This document shows positions 9,131 to 19,459 of a stretch of DNA of 64,000 nucleotides, one piece after another. The stretch's first letter is position 1. The number at the start of each line of letters is the position of its first letter. The stretch is from the sequence record NZ_CP040186.1; one strand, given 5' to 3'. The notes under the pieces are model-generated. The model did not search any database. It was not told the DNA's origin and saw nothing but the letters and a program-made list of their open reading frames with translations. A program made the translations under genes and the position numbers. This DNA is from a plasmid.

Positions 9131-11335
9131 GTGACTTTAGAACTTAAACACCCTCGTGAGATCTATCAGATTATCTCTGAAGAGCTGGACAAAATCATAC
9201 ATTCATTACAGAGCCAAAGCGGTGATAAATATTTCGATGACACCCAGGCCGACGCGCTCAAACAATTAGATCTACATCAGGCAGAGTTACGTGCTCAGCT
9301 AGTCCGGTTGGAAAAGAATGCCGAGTGGAATACGTTTACTGTCGCTTTTTACGGGGAAACCGGGGCAGGGAAATCCAGCATCATTGAAACGCTGCGTATT
9401 CTGCTTCGCGAGCCCGGAAAACTGAATGATCAACTTAATTTCCGAGCATTTCAGGAAAAGTACAGTTTAAGCGAGAGTAGTTTTCAGAAACTTGCACAAG
9501 ATACGGAACAAGCAGAGAAGAAACTTACCGGGATCATTAAGCAAATCGCAGGCGTTAGACAGGTTTTTGATCAACAGCATCTGGCCGACCTGAAGCATAT
9601 TGAGTCTCTGCAAAGTCAGGTCAATGAACATAAACGTACGGCTTCGCTGTGGCAGAAGCTACTCTTCTGGTTTCGAAAGTTGCCACAGGAAATCGAACTC
9701 GACACGGTCAGACAACATTTGCAGGATACCGTTGCCTCACATGAATGCGCTATCCGCAAGTTACTCAACGTTCAGGAGGAGGCTCGGCAGAAAAAAAATG
9801 AGTTAATTCAGAAGAATCTGGAGTCTAAAAGCCACCTGCCGGAATTGGGTGCAATGGCCGACGGTGCCATCATCGGTGATGGTAGCTCTGACTTCACTCG
9901 ACAAACTCAGCGTTATAACGTGGAGCTTGATGGTTATAAGTTCGCTTTGCTGGACGTCCCCGGTATTGAAGGTAAAGAAGGGTTAGTGCTTAAAGAGATC
10001 GAAGATGCAGTTCAAACGGCTCATGCGGTGTTCTATGTCACCAACCAGCCTGCTCCGCCGCAAACAGGTGATGATCAACGTCAGGGCACACTGGAAAAGA
10101 TCAAAACACATCTCAAAGATCAAACCGAAGTGTGGACGATTTTCAACAAGAAAATTATCAATCCGATGGCAATCATGAAACAGCCACTGATTAAAGATGA
10201 TGAAGAAAATAGCCTAGCTGAGCTCGATAAAAGAATGCATGAAAAGTTAGGTACAAACTATCGTTGCGTGTTTCCCCTCAGCGTTCTGCCAGCTTTTTTA
10301 GCCTCTACGGATCATTTTGCTCCCGATTCACAAAATGCTAAACGACGCAAAAAATTTCTTGATAGCTTTAATGCCGATGAACTTTTGGAAATATCTCACA
10401 TGCGGTCCTTTATCCGGATGCTCAGTGAAAAGTTACTGGGTAACAGTGCCGACCGAATTAAAGCCGCTAACTTCAGCCAGGCCAAAGGCAGGGTTGATGA
10501 AAGCAATGCCAAAGTACGGCATATTCACGAGATCTTCTCTACTGTGGCCGAACAACTGGAACTGGACAGTGACAATTCCTGCAAACAGCTGCGTCAAAGT
10601 TTCAGTTTGTTCCGGCACCGGCTGGAAGCCCTCAGTGCCAAATTGGTTGATGAACTGGTCATCTCCGTACGCGCTTCTGTCTACTCACTAATTAATCAAG
10701 ATATCAGCAGCGATGAATTCAAAAGTAACCTGAGAAGTTGCATTACACAGCAGCAGGATGCATTCAGCGAAAAGTTAAGAAAAGGCATTCAGGAGGACGT
10801 AGAAATATTCCAGCAAGATTCCAAAAATATACTCACACGGTTTGAACAATACAGTCAGGAATTGTTCAACACCTATGGCAAGCTCGGTGCTACAAAGTTC
10901 AATTTAGACTTTGATATCAATATCAAAATGGATAACGGTGTTAATGGATGGGGGCTGCTGGCTGGGCTGGCGGGGATTGCGCTTGCTCCTTTCACCGCAG
11001 GAGCAAGCCTCTGGGTGGTCGGGGCGGCTGTACTGACATCTCTGATTTCCGTCGGCAAGGCCCTAGTTGGATTTTTTAGTACTTCATACAAACAATCCCA
11101 ACAACGTAAAGCCACAAATGAAAATCTGGTGGTGATACGCTCACAAATACAGACAGCCATTGATTCTGCTCTGAAGGACATCACGCCGCAAATGCAGAAA
11201 ACAATTGAACAGATTGAACAGGCTCTAAAATCCCCGGGCGAGCAGGTCGCGGCTAAAGCCTGGCTCCTTAAAAGCGCTACCCAAAAACTTGACCTTCTTT
11301 CACGCCAGATCAGTAATGCAGGTAACTTGCCATGA
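9131..11335 (+). CDS. bacterial dynamin-like / LeoA-like large GTPase 1 with C-terminal hydrophobic membrane hairpin
   Basis: P-loop FYGETGAGKSS (G1), DVPG (G3), long coiled-coil stalk. Residues about 600-650 are hydrophobic (GWGLLAGLAGIALAPFTAGASLWVVGAAVLTSLI). GTG start with weak SD. Stop overlaps the next start (ATGA). Confidence 0.65.
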   Translation: MTLELKHPREIYQIISEELDKIIHSLQSQSGDKYFDDTQADALKQLDLHQAELRAQLVRLEKNAEWNTFTVAFYGETGAGKSSIIETLRILLREPGKLNDQLNFRAFQEKYSLSESSFQKLAQDTEQAEKKLTGIIKQIAGVRQVFDQQHLADLKHIESLQSQVNEHKRTASLWQKLLFWFRKLPQEIELDTVRQHLQDTVASHECAIRKLLNVQEEARQKKNELIQKNLESKSHLPELGAMADGAIIGDGSSDFTRQTQRYNVELDGYKFALLDVPGIEGKEGLVLKEIEDAVQTAHAVFYVTNQPAPPQTGDDQRQGTLEKIKTHLKDQTEVWTIFNKKIINPMAIMKQPLIKDDEENSLAELDKRMHEKLGTNYRCVFPLSVLPAFLASTDHFAPDSQNAKRRKKFLDSFNADELLEISHMRSFIRMLSEKLLGNSADRIKAANFSQAKGRVDESNAKVRHIHEIFSTVAEQLELDSDNSCKQLRQSFSLFRHRLEALSAKLVDELVISVRASVYSLINQDISSDEFKSNLRSCITQQQDAFSEKLRKGIQEDVEIFQQDSKNILTRFEQYSQELFNTYGKLGATKFNLDFDINIKMDNGVNGWGLLAGLAGIALAPFTAGASLWVVGAAVLTSLISVGKALVGFFSTSYKQSQQRKATNENLVVIRSQIQTAIDSALKDITPQMQKTIEQIEQALKSPGEQVAAKAWLLKSATQKLDLLSRQISNAGNLP

Positions 11336-13026
11336 ACGAAACAATCAACGCATTTAATGCCCAACAAACTCATGCTTTGGAACTTCTGCAAAAGCTTGAA
11401 GCCTTCCTACAGCAAGGGGCTCTGGCGGGAGTTCCCATCGATCCAGTGCTCAGCGGGAAAATACACAATGCAATCGCCAGTTTAGCTGATGAAAAACTTA
11501 AGGTAGCACTCATCGGCGGTTTTTCAGAAGGTAAAACCTCAATCGCTGCGGCCTGGATGGAGGAGCTCGATAAGTCGAGCATGAAGATCAGCCACCAGGA
11601 ATCATCCAATGAAGTGAAGGTGTACGACGTTGGTCAGGATTTCGTCCTGATCGACACTCCGGGGCTTTTCGGTTTCAAAGAACAGGTAAACGACGATAAC
11701 CATTCCATAGAAAAGTACAAAGACATCACAAAAAAGTACGTTAGTGAAGCCCATCTGGTGCTTTACGTAATGAACCCGACCAACCCGATCAAGGAAAGTC
11801 ACGAGGAAGACCTGACATGGCTTTTCCGCACACTCGATTTATTGCCACGCAGCATATTCGTGCTCAGCCGTTTTGACGAAGTGGCCGATGTCGAGGATGA
11901 AGATGATTATGCGCACAACCTGAATATCAAACGAACAAATGTGGCGAAGCGCCTCGGCGAAATGATCAGCCTGACCGCGCAGGAACAGGAAAACTTGTCT
12001 ATTGTTGCGGTAGCAGCTAACCCCTTTGATCTGGGGACTGAGCACTGGCTGGCGAATGGCGAGCAGTTTAAAGCGTTATCCCACATCACCAGCCTGCAAG
12101 CCGCAACTACTGATAAGATACAACACAGTGGTGGCAGCAAGGCTCTGGCTAATGACATGCGCAGCAGTGTTATCCGCGATATTTTGCACAACCAGTTGCC
12201 CGTCGCGATTGATAACGACGAAAAAATATCTCATGAAGTCCGCAAGCTCGACAGCCTGTATAGTCGTATGAAAACGGAGCTGGCACAGGCAGATCGGGAA
12301 ATCGAAAACACCGTGATTAATCTGCGAGAATTTGTCATCCGCTACTTCGCCGATCTAATCGTGCAAGCCCAGGGATGCAGCATGGAAACCTTCAGCGAGT
12401 TCTTTGAACGTGAAGTGGGCGATGAAGGTATCATCGTCAGCATGCGACTGGAAAACGAATTCAGCCGACAGATTCAGCCTATCGAACTCAACATGGAGAA
12501 AATGCAACTGAGTTTTGATATTGAAATTAATCAGTTCAATACCACCATCAAAGCGCTTGGCAAACAAGGTATCAATCATGTCCTTAAGGGGGATCTGATC
12601 AACAACAAGACCGTGCTTGGCGCCCGCGATGGTATCGTCGGCATGGGTAAGTTGTTCGGTAAAGATTTCAGCAGTGTATTAAAATTCAAACCCTGGGGAG
12701 CGACCAAACTGGCGAAAGGGGCCAATGGTGCGTTGATCGCAGTCGGTATAGCGTTGGAGGTGTGGGACAGTTACCAGCAATATCAGCGAGAACAAGCATT
12801 CCAGAAAGCCATCGCAGGTATGATTGAGAACTTTGAACAGCATCGTAAGAATCTGAAAATACTGATTGAAAAAACTCAGTTCAAGGAGCAGTTCTTTGGC
12901 GATTTGAAAAGTAATGCCAGAGAACTTGAAGCCAGTCTGAATGCGAGCAGGGAGAGTCAGCAACGGTTCCAGGCATGGCGTGCAATGGCAGAAACTATCG
13001 AAGGTGAATTCAGGAAGCTGGACTAA
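11332..13026 (+). CDS. bacterial dynamin-like GTPase 2 (partner of 9131..11335)
   Basis: G1 GGFSEGKTS, G3 DTPGLFG, helical C-terminal half. ATGA overlap with the upstream gene indicates translational coupling. Confidence 0.65.
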   Translation: MNETINAFNAQQTHALELLQKLEAFLQQGALAGVPIDPVLSGKIHNAIASLADEKLKVALIGGFSEGKTSIAAAWMEELDKSSMKISHQESSNEVKVYDVGQDFVLIDTPGLFGFKEQVNDDNHSIEKYKDITKKYVSEAHLVLYVMNPTNPIKESHEEDLTWLFRTLDLLPRSIFVLSRFDEVADVEDEDDYAHNLNIKRTNVAKRLGEMISLTAQEQENLSIVAVAANPFDLGTEHWLANGEQFKALSHITSLQAATTDKIQHSGGSKALANDMRSSVIRDILHNQLPVAIDNDEKISHEVRKLDSLYSRMKTELAQADREIENTVINLREFVIRYFADLIVQAQGCSMETFSEFFEREVGDEGIIVSMRLENEFSRQIQPIELNMEKMQLSFDIEINQFNTTIKALGKQGINHVLKGDLINNKTVLGARDGIVGMGKLFGKDFSSVLKFKPWGATKLAKGANGALIAVGIALEVWDSYQQYQREQAFQKAIAGMIENFEQHRKNLKILIEKTQFKEQFFGDLKSNARELEASLNASRESQQRFQAWRAMAETIEGEFRKLD

Positions 13027-13119
13027 ATAGCATTTTCTCTTGAACCGCCCCGGTAATCCTGGAGACTAAACTCTTTGAGAGAGGTAAACAGGATGGCTAA
13101 AAATACACGTTTTCCTCGA

Positions 13120-13290
13120 TATATGGCAGCAGACCGTCAGCATGGTTCTGGAATGCGAGGACGGGTATGACTCACAATGGGCAGCCCTGAGCTCCATCGC
13201 TCCGAAAATCGACTGCACGCCGGAGACCCTTCGTATCTGGTTGCTTCTGTATGAACGTGATGCTGGTGGTGGTGATGGTGGACTCTCCAC
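13120..13290 (+). mobile_element. remnant of an IS3-family orfA (....WLLLYERDAGGGDGGLSTI)
   Basis: Translation resembles the C-terminal part of IS3-family OrfA proteins (ERD-GGGDGGL). No intact ORF or ends. Confidence 0.3.
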
Positions 13291-13811
13291 TATTTAGGCG
13301 ACAAATACACTGGCCTGTTTGTAATCCGAGCGTCCTGTTTCTTCTTTCATGGGATAGGTTGTGACGCTGAATACCAGACAGGTCAGTTTTTACATGGTTC
13401 AACGTAATAAAGGTCTTAGACCCTGTACACGATTCTGTGTAAATGCCTTTTCTCAGTAGTGACCGTCCAGGCGATCCCCGTAGCTGGCACCGACGACCTT
13501 CGCCATGGTGGTCTGCAAATTCTCAATAAGTCTACTGTAGCCAAATCGCAGGCGGTTCAAGGAACAGCCCTTAGACAACAGACATTATAGAATTCTGTTG
13601 AGTTTTTTATTACTTCTACCTAAATAAATTTGCATATTACCGAACCTAGCCAGGCTATGGTTGACCTATTCCCAGTTGCTTGACACAGGCCGTTGTTAGC
13701 AAGATTCATGATGATTCAACTACGGACTTCTGCTCTTCGCTCATACCTGGCATCCGAGATATTTTCAGGTTTCGAAATACTCGAATTCAAGGCAACAAGT
13801 AAAAATGGCCG

Positions 13812-14882
13812 CTATCTCTCATGGCACAGTTCAAATTCGTTCAACTGCTCTAACGCTTTCGCCACACTCTGGAACATCAGATGTTTTTCCTCATGCTTCT
13901 GTGACAGCCGAGAAACGACGGTAAACACACTTCCGCTGCTCTCAGGCCAGCAGTCGTCATGAAGTGCTGGTATCAACATCTTTCTTGCTTGATGTTGCAA
14001 TGCAGGAGTCGTCAGACTACAGATGTACGTTCGTACTTCAAACTGTCTTCCAGGTGTTTTGTCTAGAAAAAGTACCACATCAGATTTACTCACCCAGTGC
14101 GACAACCCGAAGCGCAGTGCCGGGTAACCTTCCCAATGATTAAGTGCCGTTGTGACCTCATAACCACGTTCAGAAAAGTGCTCTGTCAGAAACCGTAGGC
14201 CTTCCTCCTGAAGTGATTTCACCACAGCATTTTTCAGTAACACCGCTTCCTGAATATTACGCAAATTTTCGAGAACGAAGATTTCTGTCTCTGCTGCAAT
14301 CGTATTTTTACCCATCAGTGTCTCCAGATGTAGAATGAATTCGCGCAGCAAAACCTGCCATTTATTGAGCGGGGAAGAAATGCATGCCATGCCGAGCCTG
14401 GGCGACAGAACAGAAATAAACATACTGTAGCTTATTCCTGTCCAACCGGCAGGAGCCAGTCCTTCCGGCGACAGAACCACTAGGAACGGTGTCTTATCTG
14501 GATGTTTTTGCTCCAGATACCCACTGTAATCATTGAAAGGATTGTTCAGCTGGTGCCAGATTTTATTCTCCAATACCATGGCCCATTCTTTCGACTCAAG
14601 TAGCAAATCGATTCGAGTTCCTTTCTGGGTCATAACCTCACGGGCTGGTGGAGAGAGAAGTGATGCATCAACATGGGCTGGCAGGCACTCCAGAAGGGCC
14701 CCAAGAACCAGTGTATTCAGTCCATGGGGCGCATCCGGATCAATAAAGAAAGCGAGTAAATCGCTGACAGGGTTTTCATAGTGTCCACGGGCACCAACCG
14801 AAAATATATTGGTCTCACTTTTTTCAGCAACAGGCAGTGACTTGAGGCGAGTCAGTAATTCTTCCAGAGCAGGCAGGTCCAT
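13812..14882 (-). CDS. PD-(D/E)xK nuclease superfamily protein (stand-alone)
   Basis: Probable start MDLPALEELL. Catalytic-core-like segment RIDLLLESKEWAMVLENKIW (D...E-x-K). About 355 aa. Flanked by IS remnants on both sides. Confidence 0.5.
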   Translation of the reverse strand: MDLPALEELLTRLKSLPVAEKSETNIFSVGARGHYENPVSDLLAFFIDPDAPHGLNTLVLGALLECLPAHVDASLLSPPAREVMTQKGTRIDLLLESKEWAMVLENKIWHQLNNPFNDYSGYLEQKHPDKTPFLVVLSPEGLAPAGWTGISYSMFISVLSPRLGMACISSPLNKWQVLLREFILHLETLMGKNTIAAETEIFVLENLRNIQEAVLLKNAVVKSLQEEGLRFLTEHFSERGYEVTTALNHWEGYPALRFGLSHWVSKSDVVLFLDKTPGRQFEVRTYICSLTTPALQHQARKMLIPALHDDCWPESSGSVFTVVSRLSQKHEEKHLMFQSVAKALEQLNEFELCHER

Positions 14883-15209
14883 CGGTTTCTCCGCAGCGGC
14901 TTTCCCTGGACAGAAACATACCAACAAAAAGAGCCTTGGCATAGGGGGGCCTGTCTGCCCGCTGGCATTGGGTGCACGATAATTGCGGTGGATTTCAAAG
15001 TTAACAGTCCGCTTCGTGCTGTGAGTTCAACCGATGGACGCAACACACTTATTGAACCGTTCTGCGGGTGATTCATAGTCTAGCGTTTTTCTCGGCCTTT
15101 CGTTGAGCTGTCTGGCAACACTGTTAAGTCTTTGCTGGCTGTGAACCGATAAGTCAGTTCCTTTTGGAAAATATTGTCTGAGCAATCTGTTTGAATCGCC
15201 ACAGATAGT

Positions 15210-15974
15210 CTAGACACTTCTGATAATATTGATTTTCATATTCCGTCGGTGGCATCTGATTACTCGAACCATGCCGACGCTTACTGTTATAAAACATTCG
15301 ATGTAATCAAAAATATCGCTGCGGGCTTCTTCCCGCGTCCCGTAGATCTTTTTCTTTATCCGTTCACGCTTCAGGAGCTGGAAAAAACTTTCTGCAACTG
15401 CGTTATCGTGACTGTTACCGCGGCGGCTCATGCTGCCCTCCAGTCCGTGTGATTTCAGGAACGATTGCCACTCATGGCTTGTGTACTGACTACCTTGATC
15501 AGAATGAACCTGCACCTGTTTTTGGGGATTACGTCGCCACACGGCCATCAGAAGCGCATTCAGGACAATATCTTTTGTCATCCGGGGTTGCATTGACCAG
15601 CCGATAACTTTGCGTGAGAACAGGTCAACAACTACGGCCAGATACAGCTAGCCTTCGTGGGTTCGGATGTAAGTTATGTCCGTTACCCAACGTTCATCCG
15701 GTGCTTCCGGGTTGAACTGCCGCTGGAGTTTGTTGGGTGTCACGATACTGGCTTCACCTATACGCGCTCGTGGGCTTCGATACCCGACCTGAGCCTTTAT
15801 CCCGGCACGCTTCATCAGCCGCCAGACCCGGTTAATCCCGCATTGTTGCCCGCTATCTCGCAGGTCGAGATGGATCTTGCGATAGCCATAAACACAACCG
15901 GACTCCAGCCAGAACTGTTTGATTTGTCCTGTCTGTAGATTCAATTGGTCAACGCAACAGTCATGTGAAAACAT
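15210..15974 (-). pseudogene. IS3-family transposase orfB, frameshifted (two ORF fragments)
   Basis: Fragments 15648..15974 and 15210..15593 together match the intact orfB at 61061..61873 (DDE region HSDQGSQYTS...) but are out of frame with each other. Confidence 0.6.
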
Positions 15975-17155
15975 GTAATTGCGGAGGATTGTTGGATGAG
16001 ACGGACATTTACAGCAAAAGAAAAAGCATTTGTTTTTGAACTATGGAAGAACGGAACAGGCTTCAGTGAGATAGCTAATATCCTGGGTTCGAAACCAGGA
16101 ACCATCTTCACTATGTTAAGAGACACTGGCGGCATAAAACCCACTGAACGCAGGCGGGCTGTAGCTCACCTGACCTTGTCTGAACGCGAGGAAATACGTG
16201 CTGGTCTGTCAGCCCAAATGAGCATTCGTGCGATCGCTACTGCGCTGAATTGTAGCCCTTCGACGATTTCACGGGAAGTTCAGCGTAATCGTGGCAGGCG
16301 GCTATTACAAAGCCGTTGATGCTAATAACTGGGCCAACAGGATGGCCAGAAGACCAAAACCGTGCTTACTGGATCAGAATATGCCGTTGCGGGAGCTTGT
16401 TCTGGAAAAGCTGGAGATGAAGTGGTCTCCAGAGCAAATATCAGGGTGGTTAAGGCGAACGAAGCCGCGTCAAAAAACTCTGCGAATATCACCTGAGACG
16501 ATTTATAAGACGCTGTACTTTCGTAGTCGTGAAGCGCTACACCACCTGAATGTACAGCATCTGCGCCGTTCGCATAGCCTCCGGCATGGCAGACGCCATA
16601 CTCGCAAAGGTGAAAGAGGCACGATTAACATTGTGAACGGAACGCCAATCCACGAACATTCCCGGCATATCTATAACAGGCGCTCTCTTGGTCACTGGGA
16701 TGGCGATTTAGTATCGGGTACAAAAAACTCTCATATAGCCACACTTGTAGACCGAAAATCACGTTATACGATCATCCTGAGACTTAATGGCAAAGATGCC
16801 ACCTCGGTGAATCAGGCTCTTACAGATAAATTCTTGAGCTTGCCGCCTGAACTCCGGCAATCACTGACATGGGACAGAGGAATGGAGTTGGCCAGGCATC
16901 TGGAATTTACTGGCAGCACAGGGGTTAAAGTTTACTTCTGCGATCCTCAGAGTCCCTGGCAGCGGGGAACAAACGAAAACACTAATGGGCTAATCCGACA
17001 GTACTTTCCCAAAAAGACATGCCTTGCCCAATATACTCAACATGAGCTGGATCAGGTTGCAGCTCAGCTAAACAACAGACCGAGAAAGACACTGAAGTTC
17101 AAAACACCGAAAGAGATAATCGAAAGGGTTGTTGCGTTGACAGATTGAATCTACA
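15934..17155 (+). mobile_element. IS30
   Basis: Terminal IR TGTAGATTCAATTGGTCAACGCAACAG at 15934 and its inverse ending at 17155. Length about 1222 bp. Encoded protein is near-identical to IS30 transposase. Confidence 0.85.
15996..17148 (+). pseudogene. IS30 transposase, split by a 1-nt insertion frameshift near 16300
   Basis: ORFs 15996..16319 and 16291..17148 together equal the 383-aa IS30 transposase. The sequence cgg-c-tattac carries an extra base relative to the expected ...GRRYYKAVD. May be a sequencing error. Confidence 0.7.
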
Positions 17156-17926
17156 GCGGCTTTTTTTAATATGTCCCGTTCGTCAGTAACCCGCTTCAGC
17201 TCCTTCTGGAGTCGGCGGCTCTCAGCCTGAGCATCTGACTGTTCTTTGTTGGTGGAAGAGTCCGGTCCGTACCTCTTTATTCAGGCGTAAAGACTGTCAG
17301 TAGTGATATCGAGACGTGTTGCGACGCTGGAAACAGAATGGCCTCGCTCAACAACCTGCTTTACCTATTCAATTTTAAACTCTTCGGGATAACGTTTACC
17401 GCTCATGGGCACCTCTCTTTTAATTAATCTTAAATGACTCCGAGGTGTCTGTTAAACCTGTGGCGATTCACACTACAAAATATTCGACGTTCACAATACA
17501 GATTTTATTTTCCCTGCACTCAATCACCGGTCAATTTTCCCGAATTGACCGGGAATGGTTATTCATATCGCCTTACCAGGTGATGATATTTTCATGTATG
17601 GCATATAGTTATGTCCGTTTAGAGTTTTGAGTTTAGACGGTTGATGCAGCACACTAGGTAAATCGTCCTGTAGGCGGCTACAACTGAACTGACCCCATAG
17701 CCCAGCTGTTTTATGGTCGAATACCTCGGCACACTGATGATCACTGAGGCTTTATTATTGTATATTTACTGGCATTCAACAGCATGAATGAATACGTGGA
17801 TTATCTCCTTGATGTCTTGGAAAATATCCGCATCCGCTCGTGATTCATTAGGAATGTACAGGTTGGGATTTTCAAACGTATCTGCCTGGTAAACGCCTCT
17901 TTTTTCTGATGAATAAATTTATATAG

Positions 17927-18139
17927 CTAAGTATATGTCCAGCCCAGTGCTCCGATAATAATTGCAAGGATGATTAAAGTAATTGCAGTTTTACGCATTA
18001 GCACGCCATAAAATGCCAGAGACATTCCGATACACAGAATTATCAACACTGGCCACATACTGAGTACAAGGTATAGATAACTTTCTACATCGTTACTAGT
18101 AGTCACACTCACATCAATATTCCTCATCTGGAATTCCAT
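17927..18139 (-). CDS. small hydrophobic (two-TM) protein, unknown
   Basis: About 65-70 aa, strongly hydrophobic, in an AT-rich stretch. No recognisable family. Confidence 0.25.
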   Translation of the reverse strand: MEFQMRNIDVSVTTSNDVESYLYLVLSMWPVLIILCIGMSLAFYGVLMRKTAITLIILAIIIGALGWTYT

Positions 18140-19199
18140 AAGTTAAATATCTCACCTCATAATATCATGCAACACCCTTGCTCTAATATTTATTGGTGAT
18201 AAAACAGCTTCAACTTGAATTAATTGCTTCTTACCATTGCGTTCAGGATAGTAAGTCGCTTGCTCAAAGTGGCAACGAGAGCTACTTTCCTGAGGTTGCC
18301 AGCTACAACCAAAGGCTAGCGCTAGATAATGAACCTGGTTCCGTTTTCAGGTTTCTGCAAGCTCGCCGCGAAACACGATAATGTTTTTGCGCAGGGTGTT
18401 ATCACAAGAGCAAAACGATACTGCTAATCACCTGACACATTTCTGAATGTTGACGCATGCAGGTATCTGTATAGTTTACCCCGGATTTCTAAAAAAAACT
18501 GCAAGCTCAGATGTATTTATACCGCAAAGTGGCATGTAGGCGCCAGCTAGAATTAAATCAGGTTATGGCGGTAAGGGGCGCCGAAGCCCGGCGTAGCCGG
18601 CTACAGTTTGATAGGTTCTGCCAATCCCCATCCCCGCCCTGATAAGCCATACCCACCGATAACGCTTCAGGAGCTGCTGTACGCGGTCGGAGTGGTCACG
18701 ACAAGGCGTTAGCCGCAGTCGTGGCGTATCTCCGCGTTAGCGGGCCGTAGGGCCGCTTACGAGCGTGTACCCCGGACCTCACCGCAGCACTACCCACAGC
18801 GATGACCAACCTGTAGTTACAACACCCATCATTAAAAGCGATGGTGTTCCCCGGCCTTCGGCCGGGGGCGGCGGCGCTTTTCAGTGGTGGGATGAGTTAT
18901 GTAGTTACCGCTGTGCACGGAACTGAATAGTGGTCTGAGAGGGGCTCAGTGTTGCAGGACGGCGCCGGAGGTTTGTTTAAATGGTTAATTGAATGCTGTA
19001 ACTAAAGTGCTTGCTGGTGCTGTGCCCGCCGCTTGCCGGCGGGAGGTACTTCTCGATTCTGAGCGGCGCGGGCGTTTGCGACCGCTGCCAGCGAAGGCCT
19101 CATTGAGACTGTCCACAGGACAGACGGCGAACAGGTTTTCCTTTGAGATGAAAGAGATTCAGATCTTTAAAAGAAGTACAGAGCAGGTATTTAAAGGGA

Positions 19200-19459
19200 A
19201 CCATGCGGTCTGTAATTCTTTCGACGGGCACCCAGGAAACGTGTCGGGTGTAGCCTTGTGAATAGTTCCCTTGCAGTTAAATGTGTATAAGTAAAATCCG
19301 GTCAAAAAACCGGGGCCGGAGACCTGAAATTTCATCCACGAAAAGGAAAAATCAGGAGGTGGCCGTGGTGGCTGTTACAGGAATGGTCAGAAATCAGGCA
19401 ACTGCAGAAGACGGGCGAGCGAAAGTCTCCGGCGTCGGCCGGATAAAAAAGTGGGAGGT
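19200..19459 (-). promoter_or_regulatory. probable IncFII oriR region downstream of repA1
   Basis: Position is by analogy with R1/R100, where ori lies just 3' of repA. AT-rich tract and a DnaA-box-like TCATCCACG near 19334. No ORF support. Confidence 0.3.

Larger units (their letters stand above)
15192..17470 (-). mobile_element. IS3-family element (variant copy 1 of the element at 61044..62271), disrupted by an IS30 insertion
   Basis: Terminal sequences TGAATCGCCACAG at 15192 and CCTGTGGCGATTCA ending at 17470. orfB is in two frames (15210..15593 and 15648..15974). orfA remnant lies at 17160..17407. IS30 occupies 15934..17155. Confidence 0.6.

Noticed and set aside
9600-10691. Internal ORFs 9600..9806 and 10317..10691 (+) and 10433..10618 (-) within the first dynamin-like gene
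   Set aside because: They are out-of-frame or antisense segments of a gene with clear GTPase motifs. No independent signals.
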